Assembly (NCBI RefSeq): GCF_006345805.1
Contig: NC_043006.1
Coordinates: 100,130,001-100,194,000 of the forward strand
Reading direction: 5' to 3'
Source: Octopus sinensis
Taxonomy: Eukaryota
DNA: 64,000 nt
Shown here: in pieces, positions 26,195 through 38,774 of the stretch
Layout of the letters: every line of letters starts with the position of its first letter
Position numbering within the stretch: the first letter of the stretch is position 1
Translations under genes and position numbers: made by a program
Notes under the pieces: model-generated
The model's database searches: none
What the model saw: only the letters and a program-made list of their open reading frames with translations
What the model was told of the DNA's origin: nothing

Positions 26195-26554
26195 CCCATT
26201 TATAAATGTTCTGAAATCCTTCACAGCCTTGTATTTTTATCTCATTCTGCTAATTTACATATATATATATATATGTAGTGAATTGTTGTTTTTATTTAAT
26301 TTTAAATAATTCATATGTTATGAAATTAAAAATTACGAAATTTACCCTGTAGCATGTATGAATATATTATATGAAGCAAATATGAATTTATCATATCTAT
26401 TACTTAAAAGAAACATTGGTAATGCTCTGAATAAAATCAAGTTGGGACACCATCTCACCAATTAGCAGTTTATGTTGAGAAAATTACGATAACATAGACG
26501 CCCCACGATCGTAGCACTTCCTGTGTTACTGTATTTGCATATCATTTACCTTCT

Positions 26555-26740
26555 TTTACTTGGTTCAGACATTAGAGTGCAGCCATGCTGGAGCACCACC
26601 TTGAAGACTTTTTTAGTCGAATGGATCGAAGAGGTTTCCTACATATTATATCGAACTCATAGCCAAACCGTTAATCTATGGTGAGGTAAACACACCAACA
26701 CCGGTTACCAAGCAGTGATGGGGAACAAACACAGACACAA
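26555..26740 (-). mobile_element. SINE family A, diverged 3' part
   Basis: GCAGCCATGCTGGAGCACCACCTTGAAG...GTAAACACACCAAC. Confidence 0.6.
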
Positions 26741-26825
26741 ACTCGTACACACACACATATATATATATATATACATGCATATATATATATGCATATATAT
26801 ATATATATGCATATATTTTTTTTTT

Positions 26826-27040
26826 GTACTTGTTTCAGTCATTTGACTGCGGCCATGCTGGAGCACCGCCTTTAGAGTGGTGAAAGAGTACAGCAGGGAT
26901 CACCACCTCCTGCCGGAGCCTCGTGGAGCTTTTAGGTGTTTTTTTTCGCTCAATAAACACACACAACGCCCGGTCTGGGAATCGAAACCGCGATCCTCCG
27001 ACCGCAAGTCTGCTGTCCCAACCACTAGGCCATTGCGCCT

Positions 27041-27043
<3 letters not shown>
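26826..27043 (-). mobile_element. SINE family B 5' half joined to a family A 3' end
   Basis: 26876-27043 is the reverse complement of the 19344 head and body; 26826-26875 matches the family A tail. Confidence 0.75.
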
Positions 27044-27090
<47 letters not shown>

Positions 27091-27093
27091 TTA

Positions 27094-27181
27094 TTTTATA
27101 GAAGGAGCTTCTACAGGACTAGAACTGTTTCATTCAAAAGAAATCATCAGTTCTAGTCCTGTAGAAGCTCCTTCTATAAAA
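27094..27181. repeat. Perfect 34-bp hairpin with an HHR core in the loop
   Basis: Arms 27094-27127 and 27148-27181; the minus strand reads CTGATGA-TTTCTTTTGAAT-GAAACAG across the loop. Confidence 0.9.
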
Positions 27182-27251
27182 TCAATTAATTTACTCTGCT
27201 ATGTATTGAGTACCTTATTTACTGTGGTTAACCCCGACTCAACCCGGGACC

Positions 27252-27333
<82 letters not shown>

Positions 27334-28245
27334 CATATATATATATATACACATATATACATATATACATACACACAAGGCTATAGTGGAAGACACATGT
27401 CCACATGTAGTAAGACTGAACCCAGAAGTATGTGGTTGGCAAGTACGCTTCTTACTACACTGCCATGACTGCGGCTATCGTAGCTATTAATTTATATAAT
27501 TAAGGCGATCAGAAGCCACAAAATTTTGAGATCCGCTTAATTTTCATTTAATTGTGACCATTGTTGTCCTGATTTTAGAAATACTAATTGCCTACATTTC
27601 ATTTTGATGAAGTCTAGTATATATTTCTTGCTGGTTATAAATTAAGAGAGATCCAGTCATGCAGTTTCAGATAAGGTTTATCAAAATCTTTTCATATAAG
27701 CAATAGAGCCAATGAAATGCAATTATATATAATTTTTGTCATTTTCTGCTACACGATTGAACATTTTTAGCGTTGAACGCATGTGATGCAAAAGCTGATA
27801 TTATTTTAAACTATAATATATACATAAATTTGTGAGAACATAATTGCAGTGTGCTGGATATTGAATTATCTCTTTAAAATTTGAAAACTAACTTTTATTC
27901 CTGTAAATTTAGGCTGTAATTTAAATTTATGAGTCAATGTAAATATATTCTACTTAAAAAATGATTGCAATATATCTATTTATTCTACAGTTACCTACAA
28001 TAACAGAGCCCACATAGACGATTCAATTGCTTAGAAACTAAACCTCTAGAGACGATTGTATGAGATAAGCTTCCTTTAAGAAAGTAAGTTCCTACAAATG
28101 TACCCTAACTCAAGCAAACCCCTCTTATGAATGATTAATACCCTAACGTGTTACTAAATACACTGAAAGCATAGCGGTCTTAGATCGCCTTAATATTATT
28201 TTGAAACTTTGATTCAAGAGCAGCAATTTCGAGAAATGGGGCAAT

Positions 28246-28394
28246 TCGATTTCTTCGACGCCAGTCGTCAACTGGTACTTGTTTTAACGACCCCGAAAGA
28301 ATGAAAGGCAAAGTCGACCTCAGAAAGTTAAAGACGGACAGAATGCCGCAAAGCGTTTTACCCGGCGTGCTAACGATTCTGCCAGATGACTGCC
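28246..28394 (-). mobile_element. SINE family C, diverged
   Basis: Reverse complement of the 11853 copy (CGGCGTGCTAACGATTCTGCCAG). Confidence 0.7.
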
Positions 28395-28425
28395 TAAGGT
28401 CGATTTAATCTTAGCGGCAGCAATA

Positions 28426-28590
28426 CGGCGGTGAGATGGCAATTTTGTTAGCACACCGGACAAAATACTTAGCGGCTTTTATTCCGTCTTTCAGTTCTGA
28501 GTTCAAATTCCGCAGAGGTCAACTTTTCCTTTCATCCTTTTGGGGTCGATAAAATAGATACCAATAGAGCACTGGAGTCGATGTAATTGA
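28426..28590 (+). mobile_element. SINE family C, diverged
   Basis: GGCGGTGAGATGGCA...GAGTTCAAATTCCGC...CCTTTCATCCTTTTGGGGTCGATAA. Confidence 0.7.
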
Positions 28591-28656
28591 CTGACATTCT
28601 GTCAAAATTTTACACCAATATTTGTGGCAGAAATATCCTCAGGTTATTATTTTATG

Positions 28657-29056
28657 CTTTTACTTGTGTCAATCATTTGACTGAGGCCATGCTGAAGCAC
28701 TGCCTTGATGGGTTTTAGTTGAAGAAATCGACCCCAAGACTTACTTTTAGCCTTGTATTTATTCTACCAGCTCCCTTTGCCGACCCGTTAAGTTACGGGG
28801 ACGTAGATACACCAACAACGATTGTGAAGTGTTCATGTGGGGTCAAACTCAGACACAAAACACACACACACACATACATATATATACATATACGATGGAC
28901 TTCGTTTAGTTTCCGTCGGCCAAATTCGCTCACATGGCTTTGGTCGGCCCGAAGCTATAGTAGAAGACACTAACCCGAGGTGCAACGTCGTGGGACTGAA
29001 ACGGGAACCATGTGGTTAGGAAGCAAGCTTCTTACCACACAGCTATACTTGCGCCT
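28657..29056 (-). mobile_element. SINE family A, older full-length copy
   Basis: Colinear with the 17941 copy, more substitutions. Confidence 0.8.
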
Positions 29057-30707
29057 GTTAGTTTAAGAAATTTTAAGAGCTTCCTAAATGCAAGATCTAC
29101 AAGAATCATCATAAAGTGAACAGCTGGTTTATGGAATTTTCAAGCACACCAAAGAGATAAAGCTGCTACAGTATAAGGAACTATCAAGTGCACCTAGATT
29201 GTAAGCTCCTGCCGTGTTTATTTGGTAATGTATAAAATGCTTTAAATACTTCCAACTTGGGTTTCTTCAATGAATAACTCAAAGCTGCCAGTGATTAAAA
29301 AGGTGCCCAACTGAAGTAATAAACGTATGGCCCATAGATTTTTCAGTGCTTTCAGCATCTGGAAATTAGAATTATATGCTTTAACACAACTTATGATACC
29401 GAAAGTATTTCTGGAGAATGCGTCATTGTTGCGCATCTGTTAAATCGGAAAAGAAAATATTTGGTGAATACTTGCATTATCTCTTAACAAGAGTCTTCCG
29501 TGCTGCTTTTAACGTACAACGCATCAAGTATTTTAGCTGAATATTATGTTTATAAACGTGGTCAGCCCCAAAGGGCCAATGTTTCATAAAAGTAATCCCG
29601 ATAATGATTTTCGAGATTAAACCTCGTCAATAATTCAAAATGGGAAAAGCACTTTTTAGCTAATCAACTCGGAATCAATTGCCACGTGATATTCAAATTA
29701 GATTTGATTTTTCTAAGAGAAATCAAAGCTTCTTCGTTCAGATATCAAGCAAGGCACTGCAGCTATGCAAAATGCCTAATGAGGGCCCTGGGCTATTTGC
29801 AAACCAAAAGTTGGATCATTATAGTCTCTTCTTAATCGTACTGATCTCACTGTTTGAGGGCATTCAATATTCGTTTTTAGCACGACAAACCAATTACACT
29901 AGCTAAGGATGTTCAACAGCATCTTTTAAAGTAAATTGATGCCATCAGTCAATCATTAAGAGATAATGTACGCAAATTAGCAAAAGAAATAATTTTACTC
30001 TCACTCTCACTCCCCAAGAGGTCAGGAATTAAAGTACGAAACCAAAGATCTATAAGAGAATATTCATAAGAAGTACACCATGAAACAAGGCAGATATAGA
30101 TGTAACGATAAAAGTATTCTATTTTCGAAGAATATTTGTTTGTAAGTGATTCACAGATTTGGAATTCGAGAAGGACTCATAGATGAAGATTCTTGGAAGA
30201 ATAGAATTAATTTTGATACTATAGAAGCTGTATTTTGAAAGCTTACACAAATATAAGCGTTTTGAAACAGGAAAACTTTTACAAGACTTAAGATATCAAA
30301 GTAAAAATGTTAACATGGAAGAAGACTTAAGAGTCATCCACTTTAAACAGAAATTTCATTTTAAGTATTTAATCAAGTAATGAAAGTACAGAATGATATT
30401 TTTATGATATCCTTTTGTTATAAAACATTGAAGGAAAAGTTTATTTTAAGCATCGTATTGCATTTGTACTCTGCTTCAAGTGATTTAATGAACTTTTATG
30501 AAAATGTATTAAGTTCCTTTGAATTAACATTATGCGTGTTATAATGAGGTATTTATTGAATTTCTAAATAACAGAGCTTATCCTGTAAATGTTAAGTGTT
30601 TACGGGTAGACTTTTATGCAGTGTCTTTTTTCTGAATCGGAGTAAATTTACAGTGCCTGACCTTTAAATATGGAACAACCAAATTCATGTACATAAATTT
30701 ATACTTT

Positions 30708-30890
30708 ATCTTTTATTTGTTTCAGTTATTTTCACTGCGCCTATGATGGTGATCCGTCTCGGAGAGCATTTAGTCGAATAAATCGACCCCAAGACTTCGA
30801 CCGGATTCATTCGCAAACCAATAAATTTTGAATACGTAAACATAAACATACCAACACTGTTTGTCAACCATTGGTGAGGGACAAACGCAG
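30708..30890 (-). mobile_element. SINE family A 3' fragment
   Basis: TTTGTTTCAGTTATTTTCACTGCG...TTAGTCGAATAAATCGACCCCAAGACTT. Confidence 0.55.
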
Positions 30891-31111
30891 GCACACACGC
30901 AGGCACACACAAACGCAGGCACACACACACACACAAACGCAGGCACACACACACACACACAAACGCACACATACACAAAGACACTCATATACTGACGCAC
31001 ACACTTGCGTATATGTATGTACGTATATATATACATATATATATATGTATATATATATGTATATATATATGTATATATGCATATATACATACATATATAT
31101 ATATATATATA

Positions 31112-31157
<46 letters not shown>

Positions 31158-31164
<7 letters not shown>

Positions 31165-31738
31165 AATCAATATAGGGTGGCAAAAAAATTCAGCAGAAAT
31201 TATTTGCCACCAGCGGCCTAGTGGGAAAAAAGTAAATAGTCAGAGACCATTAATAAATTCAACAGCAAAATTTAGGAACGGCCATAATAGGCCGTTCAAC
31301 CCACTAGAAATAGCAGCCAAGGCTTCAACCGCAAAACAATATTAATTCCGTAAACCAGGAGAAAATTTAAAAAACATTTACCCTGTAATACCTTATACAA
31401 TGCATCGTTTCGTCTATTTTTTAATGGTAAATCAACTTGATTAAATTAAATCAAGCTAATCTTCCATAGGCCAATAAATTCATCAGTAAGGTAAGCCAGA
31501 CGGGACAGATATTTGCACGAGGCAGCACCACTACTGTCTCGGCTATATCTGACCTAAAATTTTCAAATCATCGTACTCGCGCCAAAATAGACGAAACGAT
31601 GCATTGTATAAGGTATTACAGGGTAAATGTTTTTTTAATTTTCTCCTGGTTTACGGAATTAATATTGTTTTGCGGTTGAAGCCTTTGCTGCCATTTCTAG
31701 TGGGTTGAACGGCCTATTATGGCCGTTCCTAAATTTTG

Positions 31739-31742
<4 letters not shown>
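31158..31742. repeat. PLE-type foldback in (TA)n, about 159-bp inverted arms
   Basis: Arms 31262-31420 and 31584-31742; GAAACGATGCATTGTA half-HHR; head related to 57259. Confidence 0.8.
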
Positions 31743-31774
<32 letters not shown>

Positions 31775-31776
<2 letters not shown>

Positions 31777-31885
31777 GACGGCCTTCTTTCAGCTTCCGTC
31801 TACCAAATCCACTGACAAGGCTTTAGTGAGCCCAATTTTATAGTACGCGTCACATGTTTAAAGTGCCACGCAGTGAGACTGCGCC
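31775..31885 (-). mobile_element. SINE family A 5' fragment
   Basis: ACGACGGCCTTCTTTCAGCTTCCGTCTACCAAATCCACT...GTGCCACGCAGTGAGACTG. Confidence 0.6.
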
Positions 31886-32594
31886 TGTTCAAGGCGACTG
31901 TAGCATACATTAGATTATGTAGTAAGCAATAATTCTAAAGCAAACCCATACACTTAAGTATATATTCCAACCGCTCTAACGCCATTGATTTATGTTATTT
32001 GCATTCATAAATAAGAATGGAAAACAAGATCGTGTGGACACGATTTGGATACTCATATCTAAGAAATGCACGCAATTATGGCGAAGTTTTAAAGTCCCGT
32101 TGCGAATTATTTCGTATTCCACATCATAACATTAATCATCGCATATTATTGTGAGAAATCAAATCAATGGTAAAAAAAAAGAGACCAGTAATTCCTGGTT
32201 TATATATATTTCCTTCACATAAAAAATATATCGGAAAATGTGCGTTCAATTATAGTTTTACTATTTTAAGTTATGCTATTATGTTCTATAAATAAATATT
32301 TGTACACAAGGGAAATTGAAAATATGTGTTGAAGGCAACGGAAAATGTGAAGAAAAGCAGAAGAAAAGGAAATTAAAGAAAATGGACAACGAGTGAAAAT
32401 GGCTTAACACGATATTTTTATCAATTGTCATGGCTGTTGACACAGTGTGTAAACGGTCTTCGTTCCTGATATGTTTGTGTGTGTGTGTGTGTGAGTGTGT
32501 GTGTGTGTGTGTACGCATGCTTGTGTATATATATATATATATATGTATATGTGTGTGTGTGTCTGTGTGTGTGTGTCCGTGTGTGTGTGTGTGT

Positions 32595-32631
<37 letters not shown>

Positions 32632-32739
32632 ACAGACATGACAGAAGTAAATAGACACGTCATAAAATGTTGTTTTATGTATATTCTAACTTGTAAGGAT
32701 TTATACTTTTTATTAATGGACAGTTCTTAAGTTTCAGAT

Positions 32740-33690
32740 TCTGTATGCAACTGATTGATCATGCTATGTACAAAAGAAGCCTTGGAACTGTTTGAATTTC
32801 AGAAAGACCGAATTGAGAGTCATTCTGAAGGTGGACACGAGTAAAATCGCAGAAAACCTTGGGATCCCGCTTTCTACAATTAAAAGCGTGATTGTGCAAT
32901 TCACCAGAGAGGGGAAGCAGTCCACATCACCTCGCCCTGATCAACCAGGGCATTATAACAGGACCCTCGTATTTGTCAAGGCCCCTGACATAGCAAAATA
33001 AGTTGATATCTGTCCCAGAACAGCTGTCTGGTATCTCTCCACAAACTTGGTTACTATGGCAGACCAGCAAGAAGGAATCCACTTCTTTGACTGGTCAACA
33101 TAAAGCAGCGAAAAGATTTCACCAGTGAGATGGTGAAGAGGCCACTATTATTTTGGACAGTGTCATATTCGCTGATGAGTCCAGATTGGCTGTATTTCTT
33201 GACAGTGGACGAGTATGGGTCTAGAGATTCTGTGATTAAGAATTTGATGTGTTAAGATTGCAGTCAACAATGAAACACGACAGCTATTTTGTGATGGTCT
33301 GAGGAGCAATTTGGAGCAATGGTTGATTAGAGCCGGTGGAGTGTGTGGGTAACATAAACTCAGATAAATATGTGTCCTTATTGCAGAAAGGACTCCTCCC
33401 AATCTTCTCCAGTGGTGAAATAATTATAGAAGACTATTTATGTAAGATATCGTTCCGTGTCATACGGCTAAAATGACCCAAGATTTGTTGGATAAGAATG
33501 GCATTAAAAAGTTTCCATGGCCAAGCCAGTCACCGGATATACACTCTATTGAATACCTCTGGAACATAATGGATAGGGCACATTTTAAAAAGAAAAAGAA
33601 AATATATTAAAAGCTAGATCATTTGAAATTACTGCATGAAACTTGGCAAAAAATTCCGTACGAGAATATTCATCATCTGATCACTAACAT
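32740..33690 (+). mobile_element. Tc1-like transposase relic
   Basis: IAENLGIPLSTIKSVI HTH; FADES; VMV.GAIW-like; WPSQSPDI...IEYLWNIM; many stops and frameshifts. Confidence 0.75.
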
Positions 33691-33851
33691 GCATATATAT
33701 ATACACGCAAGCAAGTATATATGTATGCATGTACATATATATGTACGTGTGTGTGTGTGCATCTGTGTATGAATGTAACAACGAAAAGATGGACGATGTA
33801 CACGCACACGTGCATATATGTATATATATGTATATGTATATATATATATAT

Positions 33852-33885
<34 letters not shown>

Positions 33886-33920
33886 ATATATTATATATAT
33901 ATATATATATGGATAGATAC

Positions 33921-33956
<36 letters not shown>

Positions 33957-34021
33957 CGGGAAGCTTTATGAAAATAAACAAAATACGAAGGCAGGTGGAA
34001 TACAAACAAACAATTGTATTA

Positions 34022-34060
<39 letters not shown>

Positions 34061-34061
34061 C

Positions 34062-34131
<70 letters not shown>

Positions 34132-34192
34132 AGATAGATAGATAGATGGATAGATAGATAGATAAATATACATATATTATTATTATTATTAA

Positions 34193-34258
<66 letters not shown>

Positions 34259-34285
34259 CATCATCATTATTAATATTATTATTAT

Positions 34286-36727
34286 TCTATGTTTAACTTT
34301 TGCTTTATATTTGTACAAGTTGGTTCCAAGTCTCACCCCGAGACCTCAAGAGACAACAAGCTGGAAGTTCGTGATGTTGTTATGCGTAGTGTGCCATATA
34401 TTTGGTTTTGTATTTAGTGTTGTACTAGTGAATGTCAAAAAAAAAATCGAAAAATATGTTTGTTTTAAAACTTGAGATTACATAGAAAGTATTTTGCGTA
34501 GGATATGAGCAGTTCTTATGAGCACTATCTTTTGAATTTCTGCCATTTTTGGGTTTCCTGGTATCTGAGTTCGGTAACGATCAGCCCCTTTCGCTCTCAT
34601 TCCCAGGGCACCTATGACAACAGGTATTGTTTTAGTCTTCAGGTTCCACATTTTGCTGATTTCTATTTCAAGATCTTTATATTTGCTCAGTTTTTGGTAG
34701 GTCTTGACAGATACGTTTATATAGATTGGGACAGTCATATAAATGAGGAGGCATGTTCTTTGTTTGAAGTCTTTCAATATGATGTCTGGCCTATTTGCAT
34801 CTATCTTTCTGTCAGTTTGAATGGGGAAGTTCCAGAGGAATGTGATGCGCTCATTTTCAAGCACTGGAGGTGGTTTGTGTTCCCACCAGTTTTTTTCATG
34901 GGGCAAATCCAGGTTTTTGCAGATTACCCAGTGAATATATTGTGCAGCTCTACCATGCCTGGTGAGATACTCTGTAGGCTCTAGAAGACTGCACTTGGAG
35001 ACAACATGATCAATGGTTTCATTTTGTTGTTGATATACACGACATGTTGGGCTACTGCCGTTCTTTAATATATTGGCTTGGTAGATCCTTGTTGGTAGGC
35101 ATTGATCTTGAGCTGCGATGATAAACCCTTCTGTTTCAGATTTTAAGCCAGAGGCCATTAGCCATTGATGGGTCAGGGCTTTGCCAACATCTGTATTATT
35201 CGCTCTCTTTGGGTATTTGCCATAGAGAGGTTTTTCTTGCCATTTATCATTCAGAAGATCTAAGGCAGCAGTTTTGGCACGGGTTTTCATGCGTTTAGCT
35301 TTTTCTGTGCTTGTTTCTTGTATGTCTAATTCCGAAATTTGTTGCATTCGGAATTCACTTAGATATTCCTTTGCCTGTTTTGTTACTGAGTATGATGCTT
35401 TCTTGTTTTCATGTTTTGAGACAAGTTTTAACATCCAGTCCTCAGAGTTTTTCAGGTAGGTGTCTAGGCCAATTGTAGCAATCTTCATTGTTATTGCCAG
35501 TTGTAAAAGTCCACGGCCTCCATCTTTTCTTGGCAGATAAAGTCGTTCTATATCTGCCTTAGGGTGGTACATTCTATGCATTGTCAACAGTTTTCGTATT
35601 TTTCTGTCAAGGTTTCTTATTTCAGTAATTGACCAGTTAACGATATTCAAACTGTAAGTCACGACTGGTATGGCTAGAGCATTGATCGCTTCGATCCTGT
35701 TTCTCGCATTCAGCTCTGTCTTGAGTATTGCTCTTACTCTGCGATAACATTCTCTCCTGATCCTTTCCTTCATCACTGAATGCCTTATTCCGTCCCCTTC
35801 AATTACCCGTAGGTACTTGTAGCTCTCCGCTGGGTCTAATTATTTTATGACATTCTGCTGGTCAAGGTTAACGTTGGATGTTTCTGTCATTTTCCCTTTG
35901 ATAAAGGTAGCTTTTGCACATTTATCGAGGCCAAATTGCATTCTGATGTCGTCACTGAATTGTTTAACAATCGCTAGTAAGCCCTTGAGTGGTTTGTCAT
36001 TTTTTGCAAAGAGCTTTAAATCATCTATATAAAAGAGATTAATTATATTTTTATCCAACATTTTATATCCGTACTGTGCGTCACTGAGCAATTTTGAGAG
36101 AGGTATTAAGGCTAAACAAAAGAGAAGTGGTGATAGTGAGTCACCCTGGAAAATGCCACATGAAATTTTTACATCAGCAGCATTTAGAGATTCATTGTCA
36201 CTGTTCAAAGTTAGTGTGGTTCTCCATGATCTCATAATTACAGACAAAAAGTTTCGGACAGTAGGTGCATTTCCAGGCATTTCTTTCCAGGCTATGTGGT
36301 AGGCTATCAAAAGCCTTTTTTATAGTCTATCCGGACTATTGACAAGTTTTTGTGTCGTTTGTGACAATCTTCTAAGATTATCTTATTGATGAGTAGTTGA
36401 TCTTTACAACCATAAGATCCACGTTTATATCCTTTCTTTTCATTAGGGAATATGCTGCTGTCTGTTAAAAAACTATAGGCATATTCCGTCAGGACAGATG
36501 TTAGCGTTTTATACATAGTTGTTAAGCAGGTTATGGGTCTATAGTTTTTTGGTTCATTTGTTTCTTCACTTTTTGGAAGCAGGAATGTTAACCCATTAAC
36601 TAGTCAAGGGGGCATCCTACTAGGGTGTCGCAAAACATCATTGTAAAGATCTGTTAGCAGTTCATGGCTCTCTGGGAAGGCATTCAAACAGAAGTTAGGA
36701 ATTTTATCCTTTCCTGGAGACTTCCAT
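34286..36727 (-). mobile_element. R4/Dong-clade non-LTR retrotransposon, 5'-truncated, in (TAA)n
   Basis: RT GIFQGDSLSPLLF and YIDDLK; CCHC-derived CRVY...HVVSKC; restriction-like endonuclease RPDIILKD...K..KYKDL; (TAA)n on both flanks. Confidence 0.92.
34478..36720 (-). pseudogene. R4-type RT plus RLE endonuclease ORF broken into 3-4 frames
   Basis: ORFs 36307-36516, 35840-36310 and 34478-35776 are consecutive pieces of one protein. Confidence 0.9.
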
Positions 36728-36748
36728 ATATTATTATTATTATTATTA

Positions 36749-36806
<58 letters not shown>

Positions 36807-36845
36807 GTCATTATTATTATTGTCATCATTATTATTATTATTATT

Positions 36846-37292
36846 CACGCATTTTCTCTTATACAACACTATACCAAAAAGAGCTAGCTATATCGAACGG
36901 CCAAATCTCATTTGAGGTATTCCTTTCCCTTCAACAGTCTAACGTCCTCCTTGAAATTTTCACAGTTCCTAACGAAGTTGTTTTTCTGAAATATCCTCAA
37001 TTCGACGTTAATTCTTAGCTTCTCAAGCCATGCATTCAACTTTTGATCAACGCTCCCAGAGCGTTGACCTCTCAAAGTTCATCCACTTATAAACAGGTTT
37101 TGCTTTTCCATCTGCACGGTGACCAAATTGCAAAGAAACACGATCAGCACAGAGAAAGCGCTGTAGGGTAGCCGGTTTAGCCGCTGACATCCCATTTATG
37201 ATTCAAAGAAAAAGAACCTCCTCGCAGAGCAAGCCTGTAGGGTTTCCGGTTTAGTCGCCGACATCGAATTTGTGATTTAATTTAACGACTTC
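36846..37292 (-). mobile_element. Bipartite non-autonomous element: 5' UTR-like module plus R4/Dong 3' end
   Basis: 36846-37061 encodes ALGALIK/LNAWLEKLRINVELRIFQK/TSLGTVKISRRTLDC* plus UTR; 37062-37292 resembles 44127-44245; flanked by (TAA)n. Confidence 0.7.
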
Positions 37293-37293
37293 A

Positions 37294-37381
<88 letters not shown>

Positions 37382-38727
37382 TTACTATTTTTATTATTTT
37401 TCAGTAGTAGTAGTAGCGGTGTGTGTGTGGGGGGGGGGGGTAGAATTAATTTTATTAAAAGCCATATCAGGCTATTTCAGGCATTTAGGCATATTGTCAT
37501 TAGTGTATAAGGAATGCTTCTTTTGTTAACGTCTAAAAATACAATTTCTGTCATACGAACATATTAATTTTTTCAAGAATATATAAAAAATATATATTCT
37601 ATTTTAGCAACGATTTAATAACTTTTTACTAATTTCCGTTTAGATTTTTTTGTTTCGTATGCTTTTGAAAATTTTCTCTGTAGTCCTTTAATATTCAGAA
37701 CGATGTTCCCTTTAATATAATCGTCCAAGCATCGGCTAGAAAAAAATCTTCAACGAAACGACTTGTGTAACTTGAACTTCAAAATAATTGTCATGTTACG
37801 ATTTAAATTGACTACCAGACCTTTTCTGGTCCACACAAACACACGTGTATGAATATATGTACATACATGCACGCACACAAGCACGCGCGCACGGACACAC
37901 ACACACATTCACACACATATATGGACAAATCAATGGCATGTAAAGTGATATATAAATGAAATTTCACATTAATTTGAAGAGCTCAATAACTTTAGTAATG
38001 TACATAGTTAATTTAGTTAACTTTTCCAACGGATAGATTGATAGTAATTTCAAAGTTTTAATAGATGTGTCATATATGTTATCAGAGGACATATGTTTGT
38101 ATACTTGTAGGACAATAAAAAAGCCTGTAATTGTCGTATACCTAATGCATGACCTCTTATGGGCTTCTCTCTGCGTAAAAATGTTGTTTATAAATGTCTT
38201 GTAGAAACACTAAGGAAACACCATGCAAGGACCTACATAGGTAGAACTATAGATTTTAAATAAGGATATAGCGCTCAGTGAAATTCTTTCAATACGATAA
38301 AGTACAAATTCTCCACATCATTAACCACACACATACATGATCTTAAATCACAAAACATACAATATACAATGGCTTGATCCATTATAAAAGAAGCTCAACC
38401 TTATAATACAAAGATAGGCAAATGCAAGCTATGCTTAAAAGAGACTTTAATTATTGTCCGTCTACACAACTCCGCGATATTAAGTAAATTTTCCGATGCT
38501 GACTACCCTTGCAAACATTGGTTTTACTCGATATTTATGCATTATAATTCTGGAGAGAGGTGCGAGCCAGCTTCACACCAATTTGATTATATAATGTTTA
38601 ATCTTTCAGTAATACAGAGTTCACATTTGTACCTCGTCCTCTGTATATTTTGGCTTCGTTAATTTTCCTTCTTTATTTTGTGGGGTGGGATTATATACAT
38701 ATATATGTATATTTATGCATGTATGTA

Positions 38728-38774
<47 letters not shown>

